Below are positions 1 through 12,987 of a stretch of DNA of 32,375 bases, piece after piece. The position numbers were made by a program, and so were the translations under genes. Below the pieces are notes generated by a model. The model was not told the DNA's origin and searched no databases. It saw only the letters and a program-made list of their open reading frames with translations. The stretch lies in assembly GCF_004010195.1 (NCBI RefSeq), contig NC_057756.1, forward strand, positions 6,468,835 to 6,501,209, read 5' to 3'. Origin of the DNA: Chiloscyllium plagiosum (taxonomy: Eukaryota). Position 1 is the stretch's first letter; each line of letters starts with the position of its first letter.

Positions 1-380
1 ACATTATTCCTATCCAGTTGTGCATAAATCCTATCCCTTACAATTCTCTCTAAGACTTTGCCCACAACAGAAGTGAGATTCACCGGCCTATAGTTACTAG
101 GGTTATCCCTACTCCCCTTTTTGAACAAGGGAACCACATTTGCTATCCTCCAGTCTTCTGGGACTACTCCTGTAGACAAAGAGGACATAAAAATCAAGGC
201 CAATGGCTCTGCAATCTCCTCCCTTGCTTCCCAGAGAATCCTAGGATAAATGCCATCAGGCCCAGGGGACTTATCTATTTTCACCTTTTCCAGGATTTCC
301 AACACCTCTTCTCTACATACCTCAAAGCCATCCATTCTACTTATTTGTGACTCAGTATTCACATCGACGACAATGTCCTG
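1..380 (-). mobile_element. CR1-type LINE ORF2 fragment (start of RT)
   Basis: Minus strand reads ANVVPLFKKGSRDNPSNYRPVNLTSVVGKVLERIVRDRI. Confidence 0.88.
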
Positions 381-1140
381 TTAGAAGTCTGTCCCATTTA
401 GCACAGTGATAGTGCCTCACACATGGAGATTATTCTCACTGTGAAGGCAAGGCAGTGGCCCCACAAGGACTGTGCGGTGGTCACTCTTACCGATACTGTC
501 CTGGACAGATGCATCTGTAGCTGACAGATTGGTAATAGTGAGACCACGTATGCTTTTTCCCTCTTGTTGGTTCTCTCACCACCTGCCACAGACATAGTCG
601 AGCAGCTATGTCCTTTAGGACACAACCACTTTGATGATTAGTTCTGCTGCTGAGGTGCTCTAAGTGGTGGACATTGTAATCTAACACTCAAAGTACACTT
701 TGTGCCCTGGTCTTCCTCAGTGCTTCCTCTAAGTATTGTTCAACGTGGAGGAGTACCGATTCATCAGCCAAGGGAGGACGCTATGTGGTAATCAGCAGGA
801 GGTTTCCTTGCTCATGTTTAACCTGAAGCCATGAAAGGTCATGGGCTTCAGAGTCAATGTTAAGGTCCCAGGGCAACTCCATCCCAACTGTATCCCACTG
901 TGCCACCACCTCTGCTGGGTCTGTCCTGTCCAGGGTTGGTGATGATGGGGTCTGGGACATTATCTGTAAGATATGATTCTGTGAGTATGACGATGTCAGG
1001 CTGTTGCTTGACTAGTCTGCGAGACAGCTCTCCCACCTTTGGCACTAACCCCCAGATGTTATTGGGCAAGGCTTTTGCAGGGCTGTTTCTGCTGTTTCCA
1101 CTAGTGTTTTTTCCTGTGCCGAGATCGATGCCAGGTGATT
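381..1140 (-). mobile_element. Degenerate LINE APE-endonuclease fragment (CR1/L2 group)
   Basis: ORF 860-1069 NIWGLVPKVGELSRRLVKQQPDIVILTESYL...DRPSRGGG; LWQVVREPTRG further on. Confidence 0.75.
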
Positions 1141-1194
1141 AATTTCTTTGGGACTTTGTAGTGATTGGTAAAACTGAATACCTTGCTTGGCCAC

Positions 1195-1468
1195 TTCAGA
1201 TGGCAACCGAGAGTCAACCACATTGCTGTGGGTCTGGAGTCACATGTAGGTCAGACCAGGTCAGGATGGCAGATTTATTTCCCTGAAGGACATTAGTGAT
1301 CCAGATGGGGTTTTCTGACAATTGACAATGGTTTCATGGTCATCATTAGATCCTTAATCCCAGATTTCAAAATCCATCATCTGTTGTGCTGGGATTCAAA
1401 CCTAGGTCCTCAGAACATTAGCTGGGTTGCCAGATTAATAGCCTAGCAATAATACCATTCATGGCCAC
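1195..1468 (-). mobile_element. tRNA-headed SINE-like repeat
   Basis: B-box-like GGTTTGAATCC on minus strand. Homologous copies at ~8645-8930, partial ~11050-11160 and ~13800-13900, and in plus orientation at ~14290-14490. Confidence 0.6.
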
Positions 1469-1479
1469 TGCATTCCAAA

Positions 1480-1890
1480 CAAACTGGGACCTTTTTTCCC
1501 TGAAGTGTAGGAGGCTGAGTGATTTTATAATCCACCTTATAGTGGATTATAAAATCACGAGGGGCATGGATAAAGTGAATAGCAAAGACCTGTTCCCGAG
1601 GGTAGGGGGGCCTGAAACCAAAGAGGTTTAAGATGAAAGAGGAAAGATTTAAAAGTGAACTGGAGGGCAATGTTTTCATGCAGAGGGTGGCATGTGCATG
1701 GAACGAAGTGCCAGAGGAAGTGGTGAAACTGGTAACAATTTCAATATTTAAAAGTCTTTTGGACAGCTGCATGGATTGGAAAGGTTTAGAGGGATATGGG
1801 CCAAATGCAGGCAAATGGGACTAGTTCACTTTAGGAAACCTGGTCAGCACGAGCGAGTTGGACCAAAAGGCCTTTTTCCATGTTGTACGA
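1480..1890 (+). mobile_element. CR1 LINE 3' end
   Basis: GNVFMQRVACAWNEVPEEVV...GYGPNAGKWD followed by a CR1-type 3' UTR. Confidence 0.88.
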
Positions 1891-2279
1891 TTCTTGTGAA
1901 ACTAGGAAGCTGTAAGCTGTGCTGAGGAGCCAAAGACTGAATGAAGAATGATGATTTATTGTCACCTATGCTTTGCAATGAACAACACAGTCAAATACGG
2001 TGAAAGGCTTCAATTGCTACAAATGGCACCATTTGAATACTTTGCAGATAAAAAGATAACACTGATAGAAAGTCCATCTTTATTCCACAGCCTCTACCAT
2101 GAGCCCCGAGCTGGCTGAGCATCGACACCTGCACTGCCCATACTGGACCACCAACGTAGGAGCTGCAACTCTCCAGGTGCCATCTCGTTCTTGCTGGGGC
2201 CACCCTGCCGATGGACACCAGGTTCCAGCTGGACCCACACTCACCCCACAACAAGGAGTCCCCTGCTCCCATCCGTCAC

Positions 2280-2610
2280 TGCTTGATCAACAACCAGGAG
2301 AACCCGGTTCCAGCGCCAGGCCGCCCACAACCTGGGCACCCGGGCCCAGGCCTACAACAACCAGAAGACATGGGCTCTGAGCTGACCACAATCAGGAGAC
2401 CCAGGCTCTGGGCCTACCAGAACCAGGAGAATCAGCTCTAGACCTGTCGCAATCAGCAGAATCTCCTGGCCTACCATAACCAGGAGACCTGTGTTCCCAG
2501 CATACCACAACCAAAAGAATCCAGTGACAGGTCTACCACAACCAGGAGGCCTATGCTCCAGGCATACCGGAACCAGGAGACCCAGGCTCTGGGCTTACCA
2601 CAATCAGGAG
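2280..2610. repeat. Degenerate 30-31-bp minisatellite, left part
   Basis: Unit about CCAGGAGACCCAGGCTCTGGGCCTACCACAA; anchors at 2390, 2421, 2451. Confidence 0.85.
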
Positions 2611-5600
2611 ACAGAGAACACAGAACATGGCCCTTCAGCCCTTAATGTTGCGCTGACCTGTGAAATTAATCTGATGCTCACCAAACCTACACCGTTCCAT
2701 TATTATCCATATTTATGTCCAATGCCCATTTAAACGCCCTTAACATTGACAAGTCTACTACAAAAGGCTATCCCTGATATCTGTCCTAGATCTATCACCC
2801 CTCAGTTTAAAGCTATGGCCCCCGAGTCAGCCTTCACCATCGGAGGACAAAGGCTCTCCCTGCCCACCCTATCTAACCCTCTGATTATCTAATACGTATC
2901 GATTATGTCACCTCTTAACCTTCTTCTCTGCAATCGAAAACAGCCTCAGTTCCCTCAGCCTTTCCTCGTAAAACCTTCCCTCCATACCAGCCAACATTCT
3001 AGCAAATCTCCTCTGACCCCTTTCCAAAGCTTCCACATCCTTCCTATAATGCGGTGACCAGAACTGTACACAATACTCCAAGTGCGGCCGCACCAGTGTC
3101 TTGTACAGCTGAAGCATGACCTCGTGGCTCCAAAACTCAATCCCCCTACAAACACCAACACACCACACACCTTCTTAACAACCCTATCAACCTGGGTGGC
3201 AACCTTCACCTGATATATGCACCTGGATACGAGATCTTTTTGTTCATCTGCACTACCATGAATTTTATCATTACACTGCATTACTGTTACTTCTTCCAAA
3301 GTGAACTACCTCACACTTCTCCACATTAAACTCCATTTGCCCCTTCTCAGCCCAGCTCTGCATCTTATCTATGTCCCTCTGTAATCCACAACATCCTTCG
3401 GCACTATCCACAACTCTGCCTACCTCAGTGTCATCTGCAAATTTACTAATCCAGCCTTCTATGCCCACATCCAGATCATTTATAAAAATTACAAACATCA
3501 GTGGTTCCAAAACAGATCTTTGCAGCATACCACTGGTAACTGAGCTCTAGGATGAACATTTCCAATCAACCACCACCCTCTGTCTTCTTTCAGTGAGCCA
3601 ATTTCTGATCCAAACCACTAACTTACCTTCAATTCCAAAACTCAATATCTTATGCAATAGCCTACCATGTGGAACCTTATCAAATGCCTTCCTGAAGGCC
3701 ATATACACCACATCAACCACTTTATCTTCATCCACCTGTTTTGTTACCTTCTCAAAGAACTCAATAAGGTTAGTGAGGCACAACCTACCCTTCACAAAAC
3801 TGTGCTGACTATCCNNNNNNNNNNNNNNNNNNNNNNNNNNNNNNNNNNNNNNNNNNNNNNNNNNNNNNNNNNNNNNNNNNNNNNNNNNNNNNNNNNNNNN
3901 NNNNNNNNNNNNNNNNNNNNNNNNNNNNNNNNNNNNNNNNNNNNNNNNNNNNNNNNNNNNNNNNNNNNNNNNNNNNNNNNNNNNNNNNNNNNNNNNNNNN
4001 NNNNNNNNNNNNNNNNNNNNNNNNNNNNNNNNNNNNNNNNNNNNNNNNNNNNNNNNNNNNNNNNNNNNNNNNNNNNNNNNNNNNNNNNNNNNNNNNNNNN
4101 NNNNNNNNNNNNNNNNNNNNNNNNNNNNNNNNNNNNNNNNNNNNNNNNNNNNNNNNNNNNNNNNNNNNNNNNNNNNNNNNNNNNNNNNNNNNNNNNNNNN
4201 NNNNNNNNNNNNNNNNNNNNNNNNNNNNNNNNNNNNNNNNNNNNNNNNNNNNNNNNNNNNNNNNNNNNNNNNNNNNNNNNNNNNNNNNNNNNNNNNNNNN
4301 NNNNNNNNNNNNNNNNNNNNNNNNNNNNNNNNNNNNNNNNNNNNNNNNNNNNNNNNNNNNNNNNNNNNNNTCTCTTGACAACTACCTCCCTGCCTGATAG
4401 GTATATATTTATCAAGGACCCGCAGTAGCTATTCCTTGAATAAGGTCCACATTTCAAGAGTGTCCATCCCCTGTAGTTTCCTTCCCCATCCTATGCATCC
4501 TAAATCTGGCCTAACTGCATCATAATTGCCTTTCTCCCAATTATACCTCTTTCCCTGCCCATTGCTATTGCAAACATAACCGAATTGTAGTCACTATTGC
4601 CAAAGTACTCATCTACCTCCCAATCTAACACCTGGCCGGGCTCATTACCCAGTACCAAATCCATTCTGGCCATCGCCCCTCGTTTGCCTGCCTACATACT
4701 GTGTCAGAAAACCCTCCTGCAAACATTGAACAAAAACTGACCCATCTAAACTACTTGAACTACAGTATTCCCAGTAAATATTTGGAAAGTTAAAGTTCCC
4801 CATAACAGCTACTCTGTTACTCTCGCTTCGATCCAGAATCATCTTCGCTATCCTTTCCTCTACATCTCTGGAACTATTCAGAGGCCTATAGAAAACTCCC
4901 ACAGGGTGACCTCTCCTTTCTTATTTCTAACCTCAGCCCAAACTGCCTCAATAGATGAGTCCTCAAACGTTCTCTTAGCTGCTGTAAAACTGCCCTTGAC
5001 CAACAATGCCACACCACCATCTATTTTACCATCTTCTCTGTTCTTACTGAAACATCTAAATCCTGGAACCAGCAGCAACTATTCCTGTCCCTCCTATTGC
5101 CATGTCTCTGAAATGGCCACAACATCGAAATCCCAGGTACCAATCCAAGCTGCAAGTTCACCCACCGGATGCTCCTGGCATTGAAGTACACACATTTCAA
5201 ACCAACTTCCTGATTGCCGGTGTCCTCTTGCAACCTGGTAAACCTATCCCTGACCTCATTACCCTCAACCTCCTGTACACAGGGATAAATTCATATTCCC
5301 AACCCTGGCTGCATGAGTTTAAACCACTCCTCCCCTCAAAGAGCATTAATAAATTCCCTCCCCCCAGGATATTGGTTCAGGTGAAGACTATCCTGTTTTT
5401 AGAGGTCCCACATTCCCCAAAAAGAGCTCCAATTATCCAAGAATCCAAAACCCTCCCTCCTGCACCATTCCTGCAGCCATGTGTTCAGCTCCACTCTCAC
5501 TCTGTTCCTTGCTTCACTAGCACATGGCATGGGCAACAAACCAGAGATAACAACTCTGTTTGTTCTCAGGCTAAGCTTCCACCCAAGTTCCCTGAATTTC

Positions 5601-6350
5601 TGCCTTCGATCCCACCTTTCTTCCTTCGTTGGTGCCGATATGGGCCACAACTTGGGGCTGCTCCCCCTCCCCCTCAAGAATCCCCAAAACACAATCAGAG
5701 ACATCACAAACCCTGACACCTGGGAGGCAACACACCAACTGTGAATCTCTCTCGTTCCCACAAAACATCCTATCTGTTCCCCTAACTATGGAGTCCACAA
5801 TGACTAAAGGTCTGCTCCTCTTCCCCCTTCCCCTCTGAGCAACAGGGACAGACTCTGCGCCAGAGACCTGTGCCCCATTGCTTATCCCTGGTAAGTCCCA
5901 CTTGTTGTTGAGGGGAACCATCACAGGAGATCTGTGAAATGCCTGCCGGTTCCCTTTCCTACCCCTGACGGTAACCCATCCACCTTCTTCACATGGCTGT
6001 GGAGTAACTACCTCCCTGTAACTCCTCTCAATAATCCCCTCTGCCTCTGAATGATCCAAGGTTCATCAAGTTCCAGTTCCAGTTCTCTAACACAGTTCTT
6101 GATGAGCTGGAGTTGGGTGCACTTCCCACAGATGAAGTCAGCAGGGACACTAAGGATGACCCTTACCTCCCACATACTGCAGGAAGAACATTCAACTGCC
6201 ATAACCTCCATTCCCATTATTCTAAATTCCCAAATGGACTGCTGAAAAAATGAAACACAAAAGAAGAAGGAGAATGGGTAGGAGATACGACCTGAGTAGT
6301 GTTTCAGTAAAGCAACCACCCAAATATGTAACCTTGTGACCTCTCTGACT
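2611..6350 (-). mobile_element. Near full-span CR1 LINE (ORF1 zinc finger + esterase, ORF2 endonuclease + RT, 3' UTR), internally deleted and gapped
   Basis: ORF1 ECSSCSMWEVR...CGKCTQLQL and VIVDSIVRGTDRMFCG...VCCLPG...VVAHIGTN; ORF2 LKCVYFNARSI, VFYRP, CLTNLIEFFE...KAFDKVPH, SKFADDT, LYKTLVRPHLEYCVQFWSP. Many frameshifts. Confidence 0.92.
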
Positions 6351-6354
6351 GCCA

Positions 6355-7125
6355 TCAGGAACTGAAGGACAGGCTCTGGGCCTACCACAACCTGGAGAAC
6401 ACAGGCTTCGGGCCTACAAGAACCAGGAAAATCAAACTCCGGACCTACCACAACTAGGAGAATGCAGCTCCCGGCCCACTGCAAACTGGAGATCGGGGTT
6501 CCCGGCCTACCACAAGAACGTGACCTGGATTGGGGCCTACTACAACTAGGAGACCCAAGCTCCAGACCTACCACAACCAGGACACCCAGGCGCCTGACCT
6601 ATCACAAACAGGAGACCCAGGCTCCATGTTCACCACAACCAGAGGAATCCAGCTCCAGACCTACTAAAACCAGGAGACCTGAGCTCCGGGCCTAATAAAA
6701 TCAAGGAGACCCTGGTTCCAGGCATACAACCCAGGAGACCCATGTTTCAGGCCTATCACAATCAGGAGGCATGGGCTCCAAGCCTACCACAGGCCCCAGG
6801 ACTACCACTATCAGAAGAACCCAGCTCCAGGCCTATCACAATCAGGAGAACCCAGGCTCTGGGCCAGCCTCAACCATGTGGACCCGGATTCTGAGTCAGC
6901 CACAACCAGGAGAAGCCAGTTCTGGGCTTAACATAAACAGGAGAGCTGGGCTCGGGGCCTACCTCACCAGGAGACCCAGGTTCTGGGCCTACCAGAACCA
7001 GGCAAATCTGAGCTCTGGGTCTACCATAAACAGGAGAATCCGGCTCCGGGCCTACCACAACCAATAACTGTTGCTACACTGATAAACAAGAGTCCCTGCT
7101 GTGAGCCGACCCCAACCAGGCATCC
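6355..7125. repeat. Degenerate 30-31-bp minisatellite, right part
   Basis: Same unit as 2280-2610, roughly 25 copies. Confidence 0.88.
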
Positions 7126-7379
7126 CTAGCTCCACTGTCAGGCCAGGCCAGATCACTGCCTTACCAAAAGAACCCCTTCTCCACAATGTCACCTTCTTTG
7201 CTGCCAACAGGAAGAAGAAGAAGAAAAAATTTTAAAATCAAAGCAAGGGTAAGGGAAGAAGGGAAGAAGCTGCCACCCAAAGTGGATGGGTCGAGGAGCC
7301 CGAACGCTGCCTAACGTGCCAGCACCACCATGTTGAATGTTGCTACCAGGCCAGTCCTGTCAGGATCTGCTCTGAATAT

Positions 7380-8480
7380 GTGGGTATTCACAATCACACA
7401 TTATCAAACTGTTCATGTCAGTTTGTTTTGTGAAACTGGGAGTGTTATGTTTCTGTCAGTTTCTGCTATGCAGATACTTGTGTGTATCACATGACCTTTC
7501 TCATGTGATCAGGTACTGCAATGTCAATGTACAACTGTAGCTATGGACCTTTTCTTCATACTGTTTATCTTTGTTTCTGCTATGTCAATTCTTGAGTGAA
7601 GTTATCGGTCTGTAACTCTCAGTTTTGCGTTTTAATGTGTGAGTGTGGTTATCAATCTCTACTAGTCAGTTTTGATTTTGTGACTATTTGTGTCTGAGAG
7701 TTTCTGCTATGTGAATATGTGAATGTCGTTATCAATCTGTACATGTCTGTTTCTGCTGTGTGAACATTTCAATTTGGTATCAATATGTATCTGTCAGTTC
7801 TGTTCTGTGAAAATGTGAGTTTATTTATCAATCTATTAATATCATTTTCTGTGACATCACTGTTTGTGTGCAGTTATCGTCACAGAGCCATGGAAATAGA
7901 CCCTTCAGTCAAACTCATCCATTCCAACCAGATATCTTAACCTAATTGAGTCCCATTTGCCAGCACTTGGCCCATATCCCTCTGAACCCTTCCTATTCAT
8001 ATACCCATCCAGATGCATTTTACATGCTGTAATTGTACCAGCCTCATCCACTTCCCTCTGGCAGCTCATTGTATACACGCACAACCCTCTGCATGAAAGA
8101 GTTGCCACTTATGTTCCTTGTAAGTTTTTCCCCTCTCAGCTCCCCCCCCCCCAGCCCTCTACTTCTGAACTCCCCACCCCATTATCAATGTATTTATGTG
8201 AATGTCTAAGTCTATGTATCAGCCTGTGCGTTTAGTTATCAACCTCTATGTCAGTTTATGTTGTATCAATTCTTGCATGAAGTTGTCAATACGTCAGTCT
8301 CTGCTATGTAAATATAGTAATCACTCTGTACCTGTCAGTTTCTGAAATATGAATTTGAGAGTGTAGTTGTCAATCTGTCCATTCCAGCTTCGGTTATGTG
8401 TGGGAGTGTACTTATCAGGCTGTATCAGTTGCTGCTATGTAATTATGTCTGTTGATGTTTCAATACGTAACTCCAGTTCT
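7380..8480. repeat. Degenerate ~48-bp minisatellite
   Basis: ATCAAT anchors at 7731, 7779, 7827; unit about TTATCAATCTGTACATGTCAGTTTCTGCTATGTGAATATGTGAGTGTAG; interrupted by CR1 at ~7880-8180. Confidence 0.75.
7880..8180 (-). mobile_element. CR1 3' fragment
   Basis: HLDGYMNRKGSEGYGPSAGKWD plus 3' UTR. Confidence 0.85.
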
Positions 8481-8644
8481 TTTTTTATATAATTCCTTCG
8501 CAGGATGTAGGCATCACTGGCCACTCCCACGTGGGCCTCCACAGCTACAATAGACACTGCTCCATCAACAAAGATTGAAGTGAGACTTTCCTGGTGCAGA
8601 TTCATGGTCTCATAAGACTAACGGATGCCAACACCAGGCATCAT

Positions 8645-8930
8645 TGGCGACGTCAGCATTTATTGCCCATCCCTATTTGCCCAGAGAGCAATTAAAAGTC
8701 AACCACATTGCTGTGGGTCTGGAGTCACATGAAGGCCAGAGCAGGTCAGGATGGCAGTTTCCGTCTCTAGTTAGTGAAATAGTTGGGGTTTTCCAACAAT
8801 CGGCAATGGTTTTATGGCCATCATTAGAGTCTTAATTCTGGATTTTTATTGAATTCAAATTTCACTGCTTACTGAGGCTGGATTTGAACCCTGGTTCCCA
8901 AAACATTACCTGGTCCTCTGGATTAACAGT
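8645..8930 (-). mobile_element. tRNA-headed SINE-like repeat
   Basis: Homologous to 1195-1468; GGTTCAAATCC on minus strand at ~8880-8891. Confidence 0.6.
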
Positions 8931-8934
8931 TGAA

Positions 8935-9585
8935 AGTTGTGGCACTGGAAAAGCACAGCAGGTCAGGCAGCATCCAAGGAGCAGGAGAATCAATGTTTTG
9001 GGCATAAGCCTTCATCAGGAATACTGGGGAGGGGAATGGGGGGAAAGGGGAATGAGAAGTAAATAGAAAGTTGGGAGTGGGGCTGGGGGATGGTAACTGG
9101 GAAAGTTATAGGTACATGGAGGTGGAGGGGTGATGGTGGTAGGTCAGAGAGGAGGGTGGAGCAGATAGGTGTGAAGGAAGATGGATAGGTAGGACAGTTC
9201 AAGAAGGTGGTGCCAATTTGGAGGGCTAGATCTAGGATTAGATGGGGGGAGAGGAGATGAGGAAACTGGTGAAATTGACGTTGATGCGATGTGATTGGAG
9301 GGTCCCAAGATGGAACATGAGAGTTCTTCACCCAGGCTTTGAGTGGCTTAGATTTGGTGGTGGAAGAGGCCCAAGACTTGCATGTCCTTGGATGGAGTGG
9401 GGGGGGGGGGGCGTGTTAAAGTGGTTAGCCACTGGACGGTGGGGTTGTTTGGTACGTGTGTCCCAGAGATGTTCTCTAAAACATTCTGCAAGTTGCCATG
9501 TAGAGAGAACCACATCGAGAGAGAAGTGTTTGGATGTGCAGGAAAATCTCTGCCAGGTGTGGAAGGATCCTTTGGGGCCTTTGGT
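8935..9585 (-). mobile_element. Penelope-like element 3' part (GIY-YIG fragment, terminal region with decayed hammerhead)
   Basis: LAECFREHLWDTRTKQPHRPVANHFN; terminal CTGATGAAGGCTTATGCCCAAAAC. Confidence 0.8.
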
Positions 9586-9589
9586 GGAA

Positions 9590-9942
9590 GTAAGAACAAA
9601 GAATTTTACAGCATAAGATCAGGCTGTTCGGCCGTCCAAGCCTGTGCCGAAACAGATCCTCTATCGAAACCTGACGCATATTTTCTAAAGATCTATGTTC
9701 CTTAGCTCCCTGCCCATATCTGTCTGGACGCATCTCAAATGACGCTATCATTCCCGCCTCTACCAGGCACCCTCCACTCTCTGCATGTATATCTCCCTGA
9801 AACTTTTCCACTTTCACTTTGAACTCATGACCTCTGGTAATTGTGTCCCCCACTCTGGGAAAAAAGCTTCTTGCTCTCCACCCTGTCTCTACCTCTCATG
9901 ATTTTGTAGTCCTCAATCAGGTCCCCCTCAACCTCCTTCTTT
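9590..9942 (-). mobile_element. CR1 3' fragment
   Basis: TRGHEFKVKVEKFQGDI...LVEAG plus 3' tail. Confidence 0.8.
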
Positions 9943-9950
9943 CCTCACAC

Positions 9951-10266
9951 TTAGATTAGGTTAGATTACTTACAGTGTGGAAACAGGCCCTTCAGCCCAA
10001 CAAGTCCACACAGACCCTCCAAAGAGCAACTCACCCAGACCCATTCCCCTACATTTACCTAACACTACAGGCAATTTAAGCATGGCCAATTCACCTGACC
10101 TGCACATCTTTGGACTGTGGGAGGAAACCGGAGCACCCGGAAGAAACCCACGCAGACACGGGGAGAATGTGCAAACTCCACAAACACAGTTGCCTGAGAT
10201 GGGAATTGAACCCAGGTCTCTGGCGCTGTGAGGCAGCAGTGCTAATCACTGTGCCACCGTGCCACC
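9951..10266 (-). mobile_element. HE1-type V-SINE (tRNA head, CR1-like tail)
   Basis: Minus-strand head GGTGGCACAGTGATTAGCACTGCTGCCTCACAGCGCCAGAGACCTGGGTTCAATTCCC, V-domain-like GGTTTCTTCCGGGTGCTCCGGTTTCCTCCCACAGTCCAAAGA, (AATCT)n tail. Confidence 0.88.
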
Positions 10267-10384
10267 GATTGCCCGGATTTGCCCGGATTGAACTCCATCT
10301 GCCATTTCTCTACCCAACTCTCCAATCTGTCTATATTCTGCTGTATTCTCTGACAGTCCCCTTCACTATCTGCTACTCCACCGA

Positions 10385-11045
10385 ATCATCAGTAACATGG
10401 AAACTATCCCTAATCCCCCACATCCGACAGGAAGAGCACATCACCTTACTAAAGGTCATCTTTACACCCAGGAAGTAACACAGGACAGACCCAGGAAGTA
10501 ACACAGTCTTGCTGCTTTAAAACCACTGCTCCACCTAACTTCATATCTATGGTTCATATTTTTCAAGTTTAATCAAGAGACAGATTGCCATGAAAACATA
10601 TAATCAAAAACATTCCACTCTACTCACTATTGTAGATCTAGCCACTTGGTTGTTCCCTTTCTATGATCTCTCCACACTGGTTTCTCCAAGGTCAGCTGTG
10701 AATTTCACTGTTTGTTTGCTTTCCTTAGAGGAATGTGAAGCCCGCAGGCTCTTGAAATCAAACAGCAGAGGCATTATCTGTGAAGGTTCACTGCTGGGTC
10801 AGACAGCAGTGAGCTTTCTTTTTTCATAGATTCACTTGCCACCATATAATCGCTGCCTTTGCCTCGCTTCCTTCCTTTTTAATATCCATTGTTTTGACCT
10901 TTGTTTCCCAAAGTTCCAAACCAATGTAGCAGCTTATAAAATTGTAATTACTGCTCCTGGAAGTTGAGGAAATCAGCTCCAAACTGAACATATCTTAAAG
11001 GAGCAGCTCTTCCAGCTACAAGTTTTTTTTCCCATCCTCCATCTC
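10385..11045 (-). mobile_element. CR1 5' UTR and ORF1 start
   Basis: VMCSSCRMWGIRDSFHVTDD at ~10385-10445, homologous to the ORF1 zinc-finger start near 6190; 5' limit approximate. Confidence 0.6.
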
Positions 11046-11540
11046 GTCAACAACATTGCTGTGGCTCAAAGGTCACATTTAGCCCAGACCAGATAAAGAT
11101 GACTGGTTTTCCCAGATTGGTTTTCCCGACAACTGACAATGGTTTCACGGATTCTTAATTTGTTTTCGATTGTGAAGATTTGACATACTGAGGGAGCCTT
11201 TTCTGTGCTGGGGATCCTTGTGACTCTGGCCACAATGATGAATGGACAAATTCACTTCCACATTGGAAGAAAACAAGACAGGCGGAGCAGAGTCCAACAG
11301 GGATCCCACAACAGGCCTAGTACATTCATAAGCATTGTAATATGTACTTTGCAGGCCCCAGAGGAGGCAGGCATTAAAGTAAATCAGAAAACAATTGGCA
11401 CAATGAGACTACCACAACTTGAATATGTGGGACATTGAGTTCATAAGGGAGGAAACTCTCCCCAGGCCATCAAAAACATGCCACAAACAATCACTGGCCA
11501 GGGAAGTGAGGACGCTATTGGGAGAATTTTATTCCTGGAG

Positions 11541-12268
11541 TGGTTCAGGTGAAGACTATCCTGTTTTTAGAGGTCCCACATTCCCCAAAAAGAGCTCCAA
11601 TTATCCAAGAATCCAAAACCCTCCCTCCTGCACCATTCCTGCAGCCATGTGTTCAGCTCCACTCTCACTCTATTCCTTGCTTCACTAGCACATGGCACGG
11701 GCAACAAACCAGAGATAACAACTCTGTTTCTTCTCAGGCTAAGCTTCCACCCAAGTTCCCTGAATTTCTGCCTTCGATCCCATCTTTCTTCCTTCGTTGG
11801 TGCCGATATGGACCACAACTTGGGGCTGCTCCCCCTCCCCCTCAAGAATCCCAAAAACACAATCAGAGACATCACAAACCCTGACACCTGGGGAGGCAAC
11901 TGTGAGTCTCTCTCGTTCCCACAAAACATCCTATCTGTTCCCCTAACTATGGAGTCCACAATGACTAAAGGTCTGCTCCTCTTCCCCCTTCCCCTCTGAA
12001 CAACAGGGACAGACTCTGCACCAGAGACCTGTGCCCCATTGCTTATCCCTGGCAAGTCCCACTTGTTGTTGAGGGGAACCATCACAGGAGATCCGTGAAA
12101 TGCCTGCCGGTTCCCTTTCCTACCCCTGAGGGTAACCCATCCACCTTCTTCACATGGCTGTGGAGTAACCATCTCCCTGTAACTCCTCTCAATAACCCCC
12201 TCTGCCTCTGAATGATCCAAGGTTCATCAAGTTCCAGTTCCAGTTCTCTAACACAGTCCTTGATGAGC
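11541..12268 (-). mobile_element. CR1 ORF1 segment, copy of 5373-6107
   Basis: Near-identical to 5373-6107, including the same apparent internal deletions. Confidence 0.92.
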
Positions 12269-12280
12269 ATCACCTCACAC

Positions 12281-12589
12281 TTAGATTAGGTTAGATTACT
12301 TAGTGTGGAAACAGGCCCTTCAGCCCAACAAGTCCACACAGACCCTCCAAAGAGCAACTCACCCTGACCCATTCCCCTACATTTACCTAACAGGCAATTT
12401 AAGCCTGGCCAATTCACCTGACCTGCACATCTTTAGACTGTGGGAGGAAACCGGAGCACCCAGAAGAAACCCACGCAGACACGGGGAGAATGTGCAAACT
12501 CCACAAACACAGTTGCCCGAGACGGGAATTGAACCCGGGTCTCTGGCGCTGTGAGGCAGCAGTGCTAATCACTGTGCCACCGTGCCACC
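12281..12589 (-). mobile_element. HE1-type V-SINE (duplicate of 9951-10266)
   Basis: Same sequence and flanks as the copy in arm A. Confidence 0.88.
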
Positions 12590-12987
12590 GATTGCCCGGA
12601 TTGAACTCCATCTACCATTTCTCTACCCAACTCTCCAATCTGTCTATATTCTGCTGTATTCTCTGACAGTCCCCTTCACTATCTGCTACTCCACCAAATC
12701 ATCAGTAACATGGAAACTATCCCTAATCCCCCACATCCGACAGGAAGAGCACATCACCCTACTAAAGGTCATCTTTACACCTTAACAATTGACAGACCCA
12801 GGAAGTAACACAGTCTTGCTGCTTTAAAACCACTGCTCCAGCCTAACTTCATATCTATGGTTCATATTTTTCAAGTTTAATCAAGAGACAGATTGCCATG
12901 AAAACATATAATCAAAAACATTCCACTCTACTCACTATTGTAGATCTAGCCACTTGGTTGTTCCCTTTCTATGAACTCTCCACACTG

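Noticed and set aside
2280..7125. 30-bp periodic array as a CRISPR array or repetitive protein gene
   Set aside because: No unique spacers, eukaryotic context, mixed 30/31-bp units and frequent stops.
10190..10266. tRNA gene
   Set aside because: It is the tRNA-derived head of a SINE, continuous with the SINE body; same for 12520-12589, 14290-14380 and 16560-16626.
11205..11438. 77-aa ORF repeated at 13942-14175
   Set aside because: Repeated only because of the local duplication; non-ATG start and no recognisable domain.
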